From Patellaria atrata CBS 101060 (Eukaryota), in the NCBI GenBank assembly GCA_010093705.1, contig MU006097.1, forward strand, positions 1,092,715 through 1,156,714: a stretch of DNA of 64,000 nt, read 5' to 3'. Within the stretch, counting starts at the first letter, position 1. Every line of letters begins with the position of its first letter. A program made the translations under genes and the position numbers. Of this stretch, positions 1 through 12,031 are shown in pieces. Under the pieces are notes generated by a model, which was not told the origin of the DNA, made no database searches, and saw only the letters and a program-made list of their open reading frames with translations.

Positions 1-82
1 GGGTACTCCTCCATTGCAATAGAATTGTAAATCCGAAACATCTCCGAAGCTGCTAGTGAGGACGAGGAAATGCAGTACTCAC

Positions 83-222
83 GAAATGCATCGAACGCTT
101 TCACAGACAGCCCACTGCTGGTGCCAAAATCTGTAAGTTCTGTCAACTTGCTCGATCTACCAATACGTTAGGGGAGCAAACATACTGCCTTCTTCAAGGC
201 CATGGTCCGCGAATCCGTTCAT
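83..222 (-). CDS. ERV41: 5' end of ER-Golgi COPII vesicle protein Erv41 (ERGIC2 family); gene continues off the left edge
   Basis: Exon 222-186, GTATGT...CAG intron, exon 130-83, then a GTGAGT donor. Spliced translation MNGFADHGLEEGNFGTSSGLSVKAFDAF matches the typical Pezizomycotina Erv41 N-terminus (MNGF..HGL.E..F......FDAFPK). Confidence 0.8.
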
Positions 223-692
223 GAGTACACTGTGAGGCACTGCAGGCCTGGAGCGACTCGTTCAAACTTGTGTTGCTATAGTTCTCTTGAAAGACATGTA
301 GAACTGAAGGCTGGTCACATCCGCATTTAGATACTTTGTAAAAGGACACATGTTTCGGAGGTTATGTGGTCTGTGCACTGAAATCATCATCTGTCCTCCG
401 CAGACACCATTAGGTATTTCCTCAAAATACTATTTCGACGAGTATTACCACCTTCCAGTTCAAATACTACACTTTTGTATGGCAGCAAAGTTGCAATTGA
501 ATGATTGTTCACCAAGTTCCTGGGGGGTAGAACGCCCCTTGATTGGAAGCAAATGTGGCAGGTTGCATATCGATTAACTAGACATCCATTGTCTACAATT
601 TACTTTCCATATAATACAAGACTTTAACCAGCCGGACCCATTCCAGCATATTCCCACTCAGATTTTCATGGTCCTCATTCAGGTCATACCCC

Positions 693-1496
693 TTAAGCGG
701 AGGTCTCATCTAAGTTATCATACTGTCCATCCGCCGCAAACGCTGGCTTCCTCGATCCAGCAGCATCAGCTCCAGCCTCAGCGTTTTGTCGTTGGAACTT
801 ATTCTCCGCCGCTCTTCCCGGATCATCCTTCGTGGCGATCTCACTGTTAAAACTCGCATTTGGAGCATCGCTATCGAAGTCACCTTCCGTGATATTCTTC
901 CCCTTAGGAGCAAAGACACCTTGGTTCTCTAAGACACCATCCGCGGAACCGGAATATGCACCTGTTGGCGCGATTCCACCGTTATTGGTACCGCTGCCGG
1001 TGGTTGTATTGTATGGTGTGGAGCCGGAATTCGAGCCTCCTTGAGTGTTGTATGTCGGACCTACACCTCCCTCCTTTCCGAGATTACCACCAGCCTTGAG
1101 ACTCGCGGATTCACTCCAGCCCTCTTGAGCTTGGCGTGCTTCGGCATCTGGAGCGGATCCTAACGTCGTAGCACCAGAGGTATCTGTGTTGTTCGTTGTC
1201 GTCCCCTTCGATGGCTGTTTGGACGCCGCTACCCCAGGATTCCCCGAAGCGAAGTCACCGCCCGAAGAGAGTGATTCTGCTGCTAGGGAATCTGATGTTA
1301 CCACACCAGTTCCTTCATTGACGGGGTTGCGAATTGATGCGGGATCAGTGGTGACCTATAGTATTTGTTAGTCAGTCCTCACTTTCAAGAGACAGATTAC
1401 GCTTCCTAATCATTCAGTGGCTCTTGAATCAGGAGGAAGCGACAATTGACAAAGATGTGAAGTAGTTCGTACCTTTGTTCCTTCTGAAGAACCCAT
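693..1496 (-). CDS. Conserved-looking fungal hypothetical protein, Gly/Ser/Ala/Asp-rich and hydrophilin-like (~228 aa)
   Basis: Exon 1 1496-1473 (MGSSEGTK), GTACGA...CTAAC...TAG intron, exon 2 1355-693 in frame with the 203-aa ORF. Contains motifs VTSDSLAAES and PKGKNITEGDFDSDAPNASF. Confidence 0.8.
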
Positions 1497-2002
1497 GGTG
1501 TTTGTGTAATTTGTGTAATATCAGTTTCCAGTTTCTGTGAGGTGTGAACTTCGAGTTTTCGAATGTAAAGTTGATTCTCTGAAGCTATACGGCGTATCGA
1601 GTTTCTGATGTAGAGTGTAAGATATTCAATGTTTATTAAGGGTACGGTAGGTAGCCAAGCAGTTTCGTACTTATGACCTAAGGGAAGAATTACGTTTTGT
1701 GGATCTAATGATGTCAAACATACATAGTTCCTTAGGTCATCGTTGATCGCGTGCGGCAAGTGGCAGACCCTCAAATTCAGCACAGGGCAGGGCATGAGGC
1801 ACAATTCTAAGGTTATCACTCTGGCTAAGCCCTTACATTGATAGCTTCTGTCATTCACTAATTTATCTTGATTTATATCTGCTTAAAGTCATATGACAAC
1901 TTCACTAGATGCATATAGCTGCAGATTTGGTGAGGATTTCATATTCCATGCCATCACCCATAACTCCTGAATTTATGCCCTCTCTCAGATCAGGATAATG
2001 CT

Positions 2003-2329
2003 TTACTTCAGTTCGCTCGAGGGATCACTCTTGTGTGGGTAGCCGTAATCCTTTCCCGTCGTCTGAGCTAGGCCAGCCTTATCCTTCTTGTCCCTGGTTA
2101 CAGCGTCGTTCGGAATGCCCTCCAAGCCGTCCTTTGCCGTCCTCCCAACATCAGCATCTGCAGTTACGGGTTCCCTCAAAGCTGAGGAGGCGATGTCACC
2201 CTCCTGAGCGCCAGAACCAACATTCACATTGCGAGCGTCGGCTGAGTTCCAATCTGATGCAGTAGGTGGTTGATCGGGAAGAGGTAGGTTTGACTTGCGC
2301 TCATCGATGATGTCCTGCTTTGACGACAT
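2003..2329 (-). CDS. Small hydrophilic fungal hypothetical protein (108 aa)
   Basis: ATG in good context (AACCATG), with motif NLPLPDQPPTASDWNSADAR. Apparent 5'-UTR intron 2468-2348 (GTAAGT...GCTAAC...TAG). Confidence 0.8.
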   Translation of the reverse strand: MSSKQDIIDERKSNLPLPDQPPTASDWNSADARNVNVGSGAQEGDIASSALREPVTADADVGRTAKDGLEGIPNDAVTRDKKDKAGLAQTTGKDYGYPHKSDPSSELK

Positions 2330-3257
2330 GGTTCAATTCGTGTGTATCTATAGTGTAATGTTAGCTCTAGCTTCTGAGAGCGCTAAAAAATTGAGCAGTT
2401 CCCCTCCATAAAAACTCGTTATGAAAACCAGGGTAGTAGGAATCAGAGGTTGAAGAGATTCAACTTACATTTTGAATTGCTAAAGTTAGTATTGAAGTCG
2501 GATGAATTGTTGAGTTGATGAGAAATTGAGTTGTGGAGAAAATCTTAGTGGAGAGGGGCAGAGAAACTGTGATTTATGAAGCAACGGATTGTGATCACGA
2601 ACGTGGGGCAATGATGTCATGAAATAATCACATTTTGTCGATGTCCCCATATTAACATCGAAGATCAATGAACGTCAGTGAAGATTCTTGAAACCCGACC
2701 TTCCTATCAGGCAAATAATCGCACCATGAAGGCGAAAGCCAAGGCACTTCCGCCGTTGTAAAGGCCGTGCTGTAGATCCATTGTGTGTGATTATTTTCTA
2801 CTGAAGTGACAACACAGACATCCTGGTCGTTGCCACGGAAATGTCCGGTTTGTACATGGGGCGCGTGGCACGTATGTTCGGAGGAGCACAGTAAAAACGA
2901 GCAGAAAATTGTGAGTAAATACTAGGGAACGACCCGATTGTTGACAATGTTGAAGACACTTAAACGTGGTTGCATGTGAGGTAGTCCAAGAACGCGATGG
3001 ATGACTAATAAATCGGTATTCTCCACCACATATGGATGCTATAAGCTGAGTGAGTCTAAAGGATGAGTTGAGTCACAGTTGAATAAAACCCATGTATAAA
3101 AAGCCTTACAACAACACTTTGACACCGTCGCGATGCACACAAATGCGAACTTGTCATCTGTTACCAGGAGACAGTGCAGCTTGGGTCGCCCCAAGATTTA
3201 TCGTTCCCGCATTAAATATCCCCCTAAAGAAATGAATTGAACCACGCAGAGGCAACG

Positions 3258-4442
3258 TTATTGGCCTACCCAAGTACGAGAGAGCCATTGTCTGAACGGT
3301 TCAGTCGGTACGCCGAAAATCTGGGGTGTAAGATTTGGGTGCGTAAAATCGTAACGTCCCTGAACTGTGGCGATAAGGTGGTGAGTACGGAGCAGTCGGA
3401 GTATGTCTCCTTGATGCTGTGCAAGTGTGAGTTCGGTTGTTAGATCGTTCATGGTAAGGTACGCAATATTGCCAGTTTCAAATGGGCCTAAAATTGTCAG
3501 TGTTGATAATATAATAAGTTGCATAGAAGGCAACCAGATTCTTACCCCTGACTTCCTGAATTGTAGCAAGAAGATCCCAAACAGATACCCGTTCACCACA
3601 CATCCTGAGTTCGCGCGGCCACTCGTCGAGATCGAGACATCTTACAACAAACCTAGCAACATCTTGGGCCGATGTCATGCATATGTAGACGAGGTTGTTC
3701 AAGGGATCGTATATAGGTGCTGCACCCATCATATTTCTTAAGTTGACCATATAGGCACCTTCCCCAGCAATGCCGGAACCGATTCCAAGTCCAGCTCCAG
3801 CAAGTCCATGAGGTGCGAAACGTTCGTAGAAGACGCCGCAGGTGAAGACGGTGGATTCGATGCTTCCTCGATAGAATTCTAAACGTTGTAAAGCAGCCCC
3901 TTTTCCACGATCTAAAGGATCACTTTGAGAATCGACCGGACGACGAGATATAGAGCCTTCGAACTCGGCCGGCATAAAACGACGTACGTGACATTGAACA
4001 GCTGCATTAATGAGGTTGAGTTGAGCATCTCCCGTGACGGTAGAAATGACCGTATCGACTCCTAGGAGGGCATGTTGAAGGCTTCCTGCATCATCGTAGT
4101 CGACCACCTCAACGTCGTATTCCTCAGCAAGTTGAGGTTTCTCCTGTTCACAGTTAATACACGATAACCATAATAATTAGCGGAGAGATGCCCTTTTTCA
4201 GCGAAGAAAAAGCCAATAAGATTGGAGATAAGGCGTTGAGATAGAAATGATGGATAAGGACGGTCACTCACTGAACGGGAAAGGAGAAGCAGCTGGTGAG
4301 TTGCTTCTTCCATAAGCCAGTATGCGATGGATAGTGCCAAGCCCCCCGTTCCTGCTACAGCTACCCTCATCATTTTAGTTGATGCAGCGGGCTTTTGGAC
4401 CTGTGCTTGCGTCTTGGGACGAGTACGGTCTTTGGGCGCCAT
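3258..4442 (-). CDS. NmrA-like / isoflavone reductase family NAD(P)-binding protein (3 exons)
   Basis: MRVAVAGTGGLA Rossmann motif, then VDYDD...LLGVDTVISTV and QLNLINAA...VRRFMPAEF. Introns at about 4270-4144 and 3546-3490. Start is either 4442 or the downstream MM at about 4372. Confidence 0.88.
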
Positions 4443-6886
4443 TTATCTGATACTTCTAATTGTCAGAAGAGAATTTTTGTTTACCTTGTTATTGAAAGTG
4501 GCAGGAAAGCCCAGGGCATTATCAATGTTCAACAGCTATCACAGAACACACCAGGCATAAGGAAGCCCGTGACTCACCAAACTAGGATGGTGAGTGCTGA
4601 GTGGCTCAAATATCCACGCAAGCCCTTCATATACCCCGTCGGGAGACCTAAGATGGACTCCTTGTAGACATTGAGGAGGTGAGGGATTAGACTGGATATG
4701 CTTCCACGAGGATAGCTGAAGGATATATGACCAATTAAGTTGATCTGAGGCGGATATACTTACGGCACAGGACGGTAACAAATGGGCAGATCCCCAGATT
4801 AGAGCGAGAGTGGAAACTTGTTGGTGCAATTCCCACACCCGAATGCTGCACCCTGAGTTCCGTCCGAAGGTCTCATGGGGCCCTGGATACCGTTACACGC
4901 TAGAGTCGCTCTGCCTACGGGTCTCTTCACCTTTCAGTCCAGTGGAGAGTTCCAACTCGGAGCTAATTGTGTGCTATGGCTGTTCGTGATTGTTTAAACG
5001 TCCAACGGCTTGAAGTGAACGCCGCGGTGGCTTTTTTGGATGTGGCAGATCCAGCATCCATATATTTGGCAGCCAATATATAGCACAGGAGGGCGTCAAG
5101 TGGTGATGTTCCTGAGGCTTTCCGGGCGGATGGCGTCTAGATGCCTGAGGGATATCGGTGGGACATCGACGTGAAAGTGGGGGCTGGAAGTTTGATTATG
5201 GCGGTCCATGCTGGATTCGAACAAGCTCCAATGGTTGTCGAGGATGGAAAGTTCCCCCAAGACTCAGATAATTGAGAAACCGGAAGTTGAACACTCGCAT
5301 TGAACTGGATTTCGTGAGTAGAAGCCGTGGGAGCCTTGTACTTGCTTAGTACAGTGTAAAGAAATCTCAGCCCTAAGAACCGAAGGACTGGTTATGGTTG
5401 CGTCTTAAGTTCTGGGTCATCTGCAGCCTTCACCGCATAGCTGCAGGCGAAGTGCATTAGAAATTAGGAGTGACTCTTTCGATGTTAAAGAAGTGCATAG
5501 ATCAGTAATGAGATATCCATACTGATCCCACGACGCTTGTACGGAACAATTTTCAGAACTTAACCAGCAGTCGATTAAGGACTTCTTAGGACCTGACCGG
5601 TTCAGTCATTGATCATTGAATCATGTAAAAAACAAAAGATAGAACGTGATTTGGGTAGGTCCGCATAGAGGATTATTTGTATTTGAACCTAGAGACTATA
5701 AAAGCTTAATACCATCGTATACAATCAACACGAATATCCGGACGAAGAAGACAAGGTAAATGAAATAACAGTCTGAAATGAGTTGGCGACGTCCTTCCAG
5801 TGGTTCTTCTCTCCACCGGGGTCTCCGCTCTTGTTTTTTAGAAAGCGAGATATAGAATGAGGGCCTTACATGTGCCCTACCTTACCTTACACTATCTCAA
5901 GGGTATGGGGTGCAGGTGTCACGAAGCCGACCTGTTTAGGAAATAGTGAACGTTTACCGGTCAATGGAAGGAACGCCCGAAAGAGACCCTGTATAGGTTG
6001 AATAGCTAGGGAAGGGTATGATCGTTGGGATCGGAGGTTGCGCCACGAGCAATTCCTTGGACCTTCACAAAACATCTGAAGAATTTGCTTGAGGAGTTTT
6101 GTTGTTACTGTACGGAGGATAGGCCAGGGCCAATGAGAGCATCGCAAGTACGCTGGCAGACAGGCAGCTTCCAAGCGCTCACAACCACCTGCCATCGATC
6201 CATCTTTGGCCGGAATTGCCGATTTGCTTCAGGTTATGGGCAATCGGATAACTGTGTAAGTCAGAGTGTAAGTGGTTGCCTGCTCCGTCACATGCGGACA
6301 CTGCATATTGAGTGCGGACATTACAAGGCAGACAAAGTGTATGTGCATTTGGAAGTTTCGTTGCCTTGTCCGGTGTAGAGAGGATAATAAAGTGGGAGGA
6401 CGAGAAAAAAAAGAAAAAGGTCATTCTGGGTTTAGCGGGATAAAACGCCAAGATCAGGTTGAAAATCACGTGAATCCGCGTTTCTAGAGTCTTTTATCGT
6501 CCGATTCCCTTACATTCCGTGTTCCTATGCATTTAATAAGCTCCAATTCCTCCGTTTCACGGAGAATCGATATAATACATTTATTCATGTCCAATTACAA
6601 TCTATACAGTTCTTTCGTATGTAAGAATGCTTGATACGGGTATCTGGTGGCTTGACTGATGTTGTCGGGATCGACTTCAAGAGGATTACGGCATCGCTGA
6701 TTACGACATGAGCGTTCCGAGCCGAGCGTTCGCTAGCTCGGACCTGGTGGACCACGGACCTCTGAACCTAAGCGATGTTCACATAACGCGTCTACAGAGC
6801 GCACTGGACCAGAACACCACGACCAACTACTGCACCATTTGTAACCCATTCTTTTGTTATACTCTCCACAGCCCGCAAACCTAGCG

Positions 6887-8822
6887 ATGAATAAATCCTC
6901 ATCTTCTCCATCCTCCTCAGCATCTTCTGGACATCATGCGTCTTCCAGCCCGTCAACAAGCCACGCATTCCTCGTCCACTCCCAAAACACGTTATCCCAC
7001 AACCTACCTCCCGATGTTGACAACAAACCTCTTGTGCGGCAGAAACGAAAGCGAACGAGGTATGTGAGAAAGTTTGACAAGTTTCCGTAAAACCTCAAGC
7101 TTTATACACGCGTCATAGAGCTTCCTCGCTCGCGCTTATGGATACTAATAATATGCCTTGATGTAGTCTCGAGGACCAACAAACTCTGGAAGCAGAGTAT
7201 CAACGCAATCCCAAACCGGACAAAGCTGCACGGATTGATATAGTAAGCCGTGTGGCTCTTGGAGAAAAAGAGGTTCAGGTTAGTCGAGATCCTCACTAAG
7301 AGTAACCCTAATACTGATGCCTGATGTCCTGCAGATCTGGTTTCAGAATAGGCGACAAACCTCACGACGCAAAGCCAGACCGCTTGTTAACCACAATGCT
7401 CCAAATCCACGATCCAGTTCGGAAAGCGCCGAAGCCGATAGTCCAGAGCAGATTACTAGGAAACCAAACCATATCGAACCTGTATCCGGAGATGGTGTCA
7501 CTTCGAGTCCTAGGAATGGACAACCACGGCTACCCATAAGTCCGTTAGACCAGATCGAGTTCAGTCCAAGAAGCAACACGTCACCAAATGTTGTTAGCAA
7601 CTTGCATCTGTTACTACATCCCACGGAAGAAGGTTCATCTGAGTCCACGCCAGAGAATCAAGTGAGACATGGCTATTCGCGGAACCATGAGAATTTGGCG
7701 AATGCTGCTGATACAAGCACTATTACCCAGCCTGTATCGTCCTCCCAAGAAATGGGTACTACGTCCACCGGAGTAGGATATCTATCCAATAGAAGAAACG
7801 CGTCATTCCAACGCTCCGCGGACGTCACTGAGGCGGATAATTCAGAATCGAACATATTGGGCCAGACTTCCCGTTCGTTACAACGGACGCGTTCTTTCTT
7901 ACGTCTCGCCATGACATCAGATGGGAAAGCCAAGGTCATTTCGAACCTAGAAGAATCTCCCTCACCGCCAAGACCACAACCCACACTCGAACCAAATCTC
8001 ATATCGACCGCTGGAATCCGTAGAAACTTTAACTTTGGTGCAGCAAGGGAATCGAATGATCAAGACGATGCGTTTCCCTCCAAACTTCAAGGTAGCACCT
8101 TGGGAAGATCTCGAGACTCACGTGCTTGGGAGTTCTGGTGTGACAGCGACCAGCGTAATTCTCTATCTGAAAAAGCGGACCAGGAAGGTAGCGGTTCAGC
8201 GGCTGACGCTATCGAGCTTCTTCGATCGCATAGTAGAAGTACCTTAAAATCTGCTTCGAGTAGAAGCAATCTCCTTTTGTCGAGACAAAACTCATCGAGG
8301 TCCTCAAATGGTGTTATCAAGAAGCAAGCCAGTCCACTAGCACGAGCAGCTTCGTCAGTTGCGCGACTACAGACCAAAACCTCAAGCGACTTTTTCGCCC
8401 CAGAGACGCACAATGTTTCTAAAAAGATTAAGGCATCCAGCGCAGAGGTTGAAGAAGGAGGACTCCCAACCACTGACTCCGACAAGGAGAACTGGGAGCC
8501 CAGCGTAAATGGAGTAACCGCGACTCGACGCGCTTCAGCATCCCGTCCAACCCACCCAAGACGCCAGATACTTGGCGAGAACACGCAGATCATCAGCCAG
8601 AGCAACAGTTTCGGCTCCCTCATGGACGCAGAGTGTAAAGTGAAGCGATTGAGGAAAGAGCGGACGTTCGACGCGGAGAACGCGAATCCGGAAGATGACG
8701 AGGAGATTGCTGCGTTCATGGGGAGTGCGAAGAATTCTGTGGTGAAGGAGGATGTGAAGGATGGCGACGAGATGGATTGTATCCAGGGCTTGCTGAGTCT
8801 GAGTCAGGGGAATTGGAGATGA
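6887..8822 (+). CDS. Homeobox transcription factor, Yox1/Yhp1-like (3 exons)
   Basis: Exons 6887-7059, 7167-7278 and 7335-8822 give the homeodomain RQKRKRTSLEDQQTLEAEYQRNPKPDKAARIDIVSRVALGEKEVQIWFQNRRQTSRRK. Downstream are WEFWCD, a KEN box (DSDKENWEP) and C-terminal DCIQGLLSLSQGNW. Confidence 0.9.
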
Positions 8823-9533
8823 TTGTATTTGTGTTGGATACTTGAGTGCGAGATTGGAGATGTCTCCGTTGGTGATTTAGAGAGTGTTGGGTAGAAGGAT
8901 GCTGCGATGCTGACAGTGGACGGCTGTGTGAGTAGTTGAATAATGACATTCCTTGATATATATTGAGCCCGTTCGAAGTGCTAGTACCGGGTGTGTGCTG
9001 TTATGATAGATGTGCGTCATGCTACTCATACGTCGGGGACTTTCAAGCTTCAATTCTCACCCAGATCTTATCTTACCGGTGAGCAAGATGCAGAATAGGG
9101 AAATAACTGTATTAATGACGGTGAACTCTCCGTACCAATTTTCAGGATATCAATAGGCCGTTTACCTGTAAGGGACTGAACTCGTCCCAATTATGCACTG
9201 AGCTACCTTACGCCCTTTGAATATGGGATTTCAAGCGTGAGCATTACCTCACCGTACAAAACACCATTGAATATGCACCATGTAGCTTGAGGAGCACCCC
9301 ATTCCGAGAGAAACTCAGGAACCCCCTTAACAGTACCCTAAGCATACAACTGCGAGCACACATACGCCATTACTATTCCTAACGACCAAAACGTAGTTGT
9401 TCTACCCCAGAACATTCTTAATAATACACATTAACGTCTCTTCCCCTTCTAATGGTAAATCCAGCTCATAAACCGTCTTTGCTCGACGTTGCATCATATA
9501 TGTAAAATATCCGGATATCTTGAACGAAACAAC

Positions 9534-10864
9534 TTATTTCCCCCTTTCTGTACGATTATACCGGTTAATTAATCCCCCATGGAGAAAATATATCGTGGTA
9601 GTGTATTCTGTTGGACCTATTACTACATTGAAAGGTATTTTATAACCATCAATTGTTGGGATCAGGTATTTGTTAGACCGCAACCCCAGGTCTGGCTGTT
9701 TATCTCTAGAAAACTTCAATGAGTGATATAGATCATTCCCGTCGCGAGAAAATACTAGATGCGACCGCTAGCAGACATAAAAGTCAGTACACGGATAACG
9801 GGAGCAGTTTTTAATAGGGTTCGACTGGTTCTAATAACTGACCTGTTTAAGGACAACCTCCAATACGATGCTCATAACAGACAACGGTATCTTGTCTCCA
9901 TCCTTCGTACCCCTTCCAATCTCGACATCACACTTTCTGGTCTCACCTGTAATAGGATGTGTGCACGCTACCTCTTTCCTGTTCCCGAAGAATAGTTCTT
10001 CCAGATCAACTTCAAGTTGAATTTGGAGCATCATTGAATTGTCGTAATCTGGGCCGTATAAACTTTCAGCAGGAGTTTCTAGCCTATCGTTTTTTCTGAA
10101 ATGTAGATAAAGGATGTTTGACCTCTTCCGAACCTAGGGGTAATGGACTGTATTTTGAAGGGTTTCGATATCCGCCCTCAGAAGTCATATCAACTGTTTC
10201 TATCGATGTTGACAAAATTTGCATTTGAATCACCGAGCTTCAGAGCCCCTACCAGGTCTTCGAGTTTTGTTAAGATCCTCTCCAGAACCACACTATTATC
10301 TGCAATGCGGAATTCAATCCTAGTGAGCGAAAGAGCGTTCAGTCTCGTCAGGAAGAGAATTAATTTGTCTGTATGATTTTCAAGTTTTGACTTAATTCCT
10401 TGAGCATGCCTCGTGCTAAAAACGAACCGATCACGCTTCTGGGGATCATTACTTTACAATGATTTGTACTTCTTCAACAGTCCCTTAAGCTCTAGAAGGT
10501 CTTGATGGCATCATTCGGTTATCTTGCACAGTTCTCGAGATTCGTCCGCCCCATGAGTCATAAGAGGAGATTTAGCATTTTCTATTTCATCCTGGATCTT
10601 ACGAGAAGTGGATTGGAGATTGTGCACTGTAAAGCGAGTTATTGGTGAGGACTTCTAAACAATACAGAGACCGAATCCATACCATCGTATGCAAGAGATC
10701 TGAATTCCGTTTCAGCATTCTTACCTGCAACGGTCAGCCTGTTATCTCAGGTCGAGACTCATCCCTCAAGCAGCCAAGGACTTCGTCTTACAGTCTTTAT
10801 ACAGGTTCCAGGCAAGATCTGAGACTAATATGATATCTCCTTTCGAAAATCTAAAGTTAGTCAT
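9534..10864 (-). pseudogene. Decayed gene: HeLo-like/fungal STAND N-terminal domain fused to a DnaJ C-terminal (peptide-binding) domain
   Basis: Exons 10864-10792, 10724-10683 and 10626-> give MTNFRFSKGDIILVSDLAWNLYKDCKNAETEFRSLAYDVHNL...LKGLLKKYKSL*...LILFLTRLNALSLTRIE. In-frame stops lie at 10513-10511 and 10456-10454. Downstream LEVDLEELFFG...EIGRGTKDGDKI (intron 9842-9768) HLVFSRDGNDL...IPTIDG...ERG is DnaJ_C-like. Confidence 0.75.
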
Positions 10865-11198
10865 GGAGGTTGGCTACGAGTAAAAGCATTGAAGGACATG
10901 AAGTTGTTGTGATGCTTGGAAGTTTGATAGGCTGTCGTAACCCTCTTAGATCCGGGCGGCTACAGGAGGCTGTGGTGTAGAGTTCAACAAGGCAGAAAAG
11001 TCCGATCAATTGCACTTTCTATAGCCCCAAAATATAACAAAAACCAACCTACATTGCCCCAGAAAACCGTCTCATTTCTCGCTATCCTTGAGCGAATATT
11101 TTTCCTTACAGAGATCAGAGGAATGTTGTTAAAGCTTGGAATGAACATTTATAGAATTGTACAGAGTTGCACTTATGTGAGGTATAAGTATACCCATC

Positions 11199-12031
11199 TC
11201 AGAGGTTACTCTTCTCTCTATATTCCGAACAGTTGGCCCACGGAGAGTGTGCCATCCCCTCCATATAATCTCCATTTAATGGTCGCCACATTGGCCAAAA
11301 CTTAAGCGGATAGAGCTTTTCCTCCATCGCCTTCCATGCATCGTCCGGATTCGACGTCTGCGGCTGTATTGATTGCTGTTGGAGAGGTATAAAACCGCAT
11401 CTCATATAGATTGGAACACCCATTGGTACTGAGGACTCTAGCCATACTTCTAATCCTAATTCATCCGCTTTCTTGGTGGCGTGTGTTAGGAACATGGTGA
11501 TGATTCCATTTTTTCTATACTCTGGATGGACAAAACCAGTATCTAGATCTAATCAAATTGTTAACTGTTGAACGAAAATAAAGTGGGTGTACAGTACACT
11601 GTACGGTACATACAAACATGAGGCTTCTGCATATACTTCTTGCGTGGGCCGTTGAATATGTCCATTGCCTTCAGTATGAACTCCCGTTCCCTCTCTTCAG
11701 AATACCAGTCTGGATTAATATGATCAACTTTTTGCTTCCAAGGGTTTGTTTTGAAAATATTCCACATTAAGCCTCCTGCGATTTTCCCGTTCTCCGTATC
11801 TGTCACTTTGCTCCAAACAAAGTCGTGTTCCGTAGAGCTCTCATAGTGTTTTAGATACATTTCAGCCTTGCGTTTCACGGCATCCTTGTGTGCGTGTTTG
11901 TCGTTACCAAAAACAGGACAAAAAAGACGATATATGGATTGGTCCGGGCTGGCAAAAGCCGTTAACTGACAATCCAGTAACTCTTCCAAATCCGTAAAAG
12001 GATCGACTTCTTCCACTTTAAAACGAGTCAT
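11199..12031 (-). CDS. GNAT family N-acetyltransferase (2 exons)
   Basis: Spliced at GTATGT (~11613)...TAG (~11550): KPHVYLDTGFVHPEYRKNGIITMFLTHATKKADELGLEVWLESS...GVPIYMRCGF, which contains GNAT motifs A and B. Confidence 0.88.

Noticed and set aside
5195..5230. B-box/T-arm-like GTTCGAATCC on the minus strand
   Set aside because: No A box or acceptor-stem partner upstream; at most an isolated TFIIIC site.
7303..7311. TAACCCTAA telomerase-template-like 9-mer
   Set aside because: Lies inside a 56-nt intron of the homeobox gene; a chance match.
8087..8719. 210-aa antisense ORF (similarly 26447-26878, 33553-33984 and 62310-62796)
   Set aside because: Shadow ORFs opposite well-supported genes, with no independent motifs.
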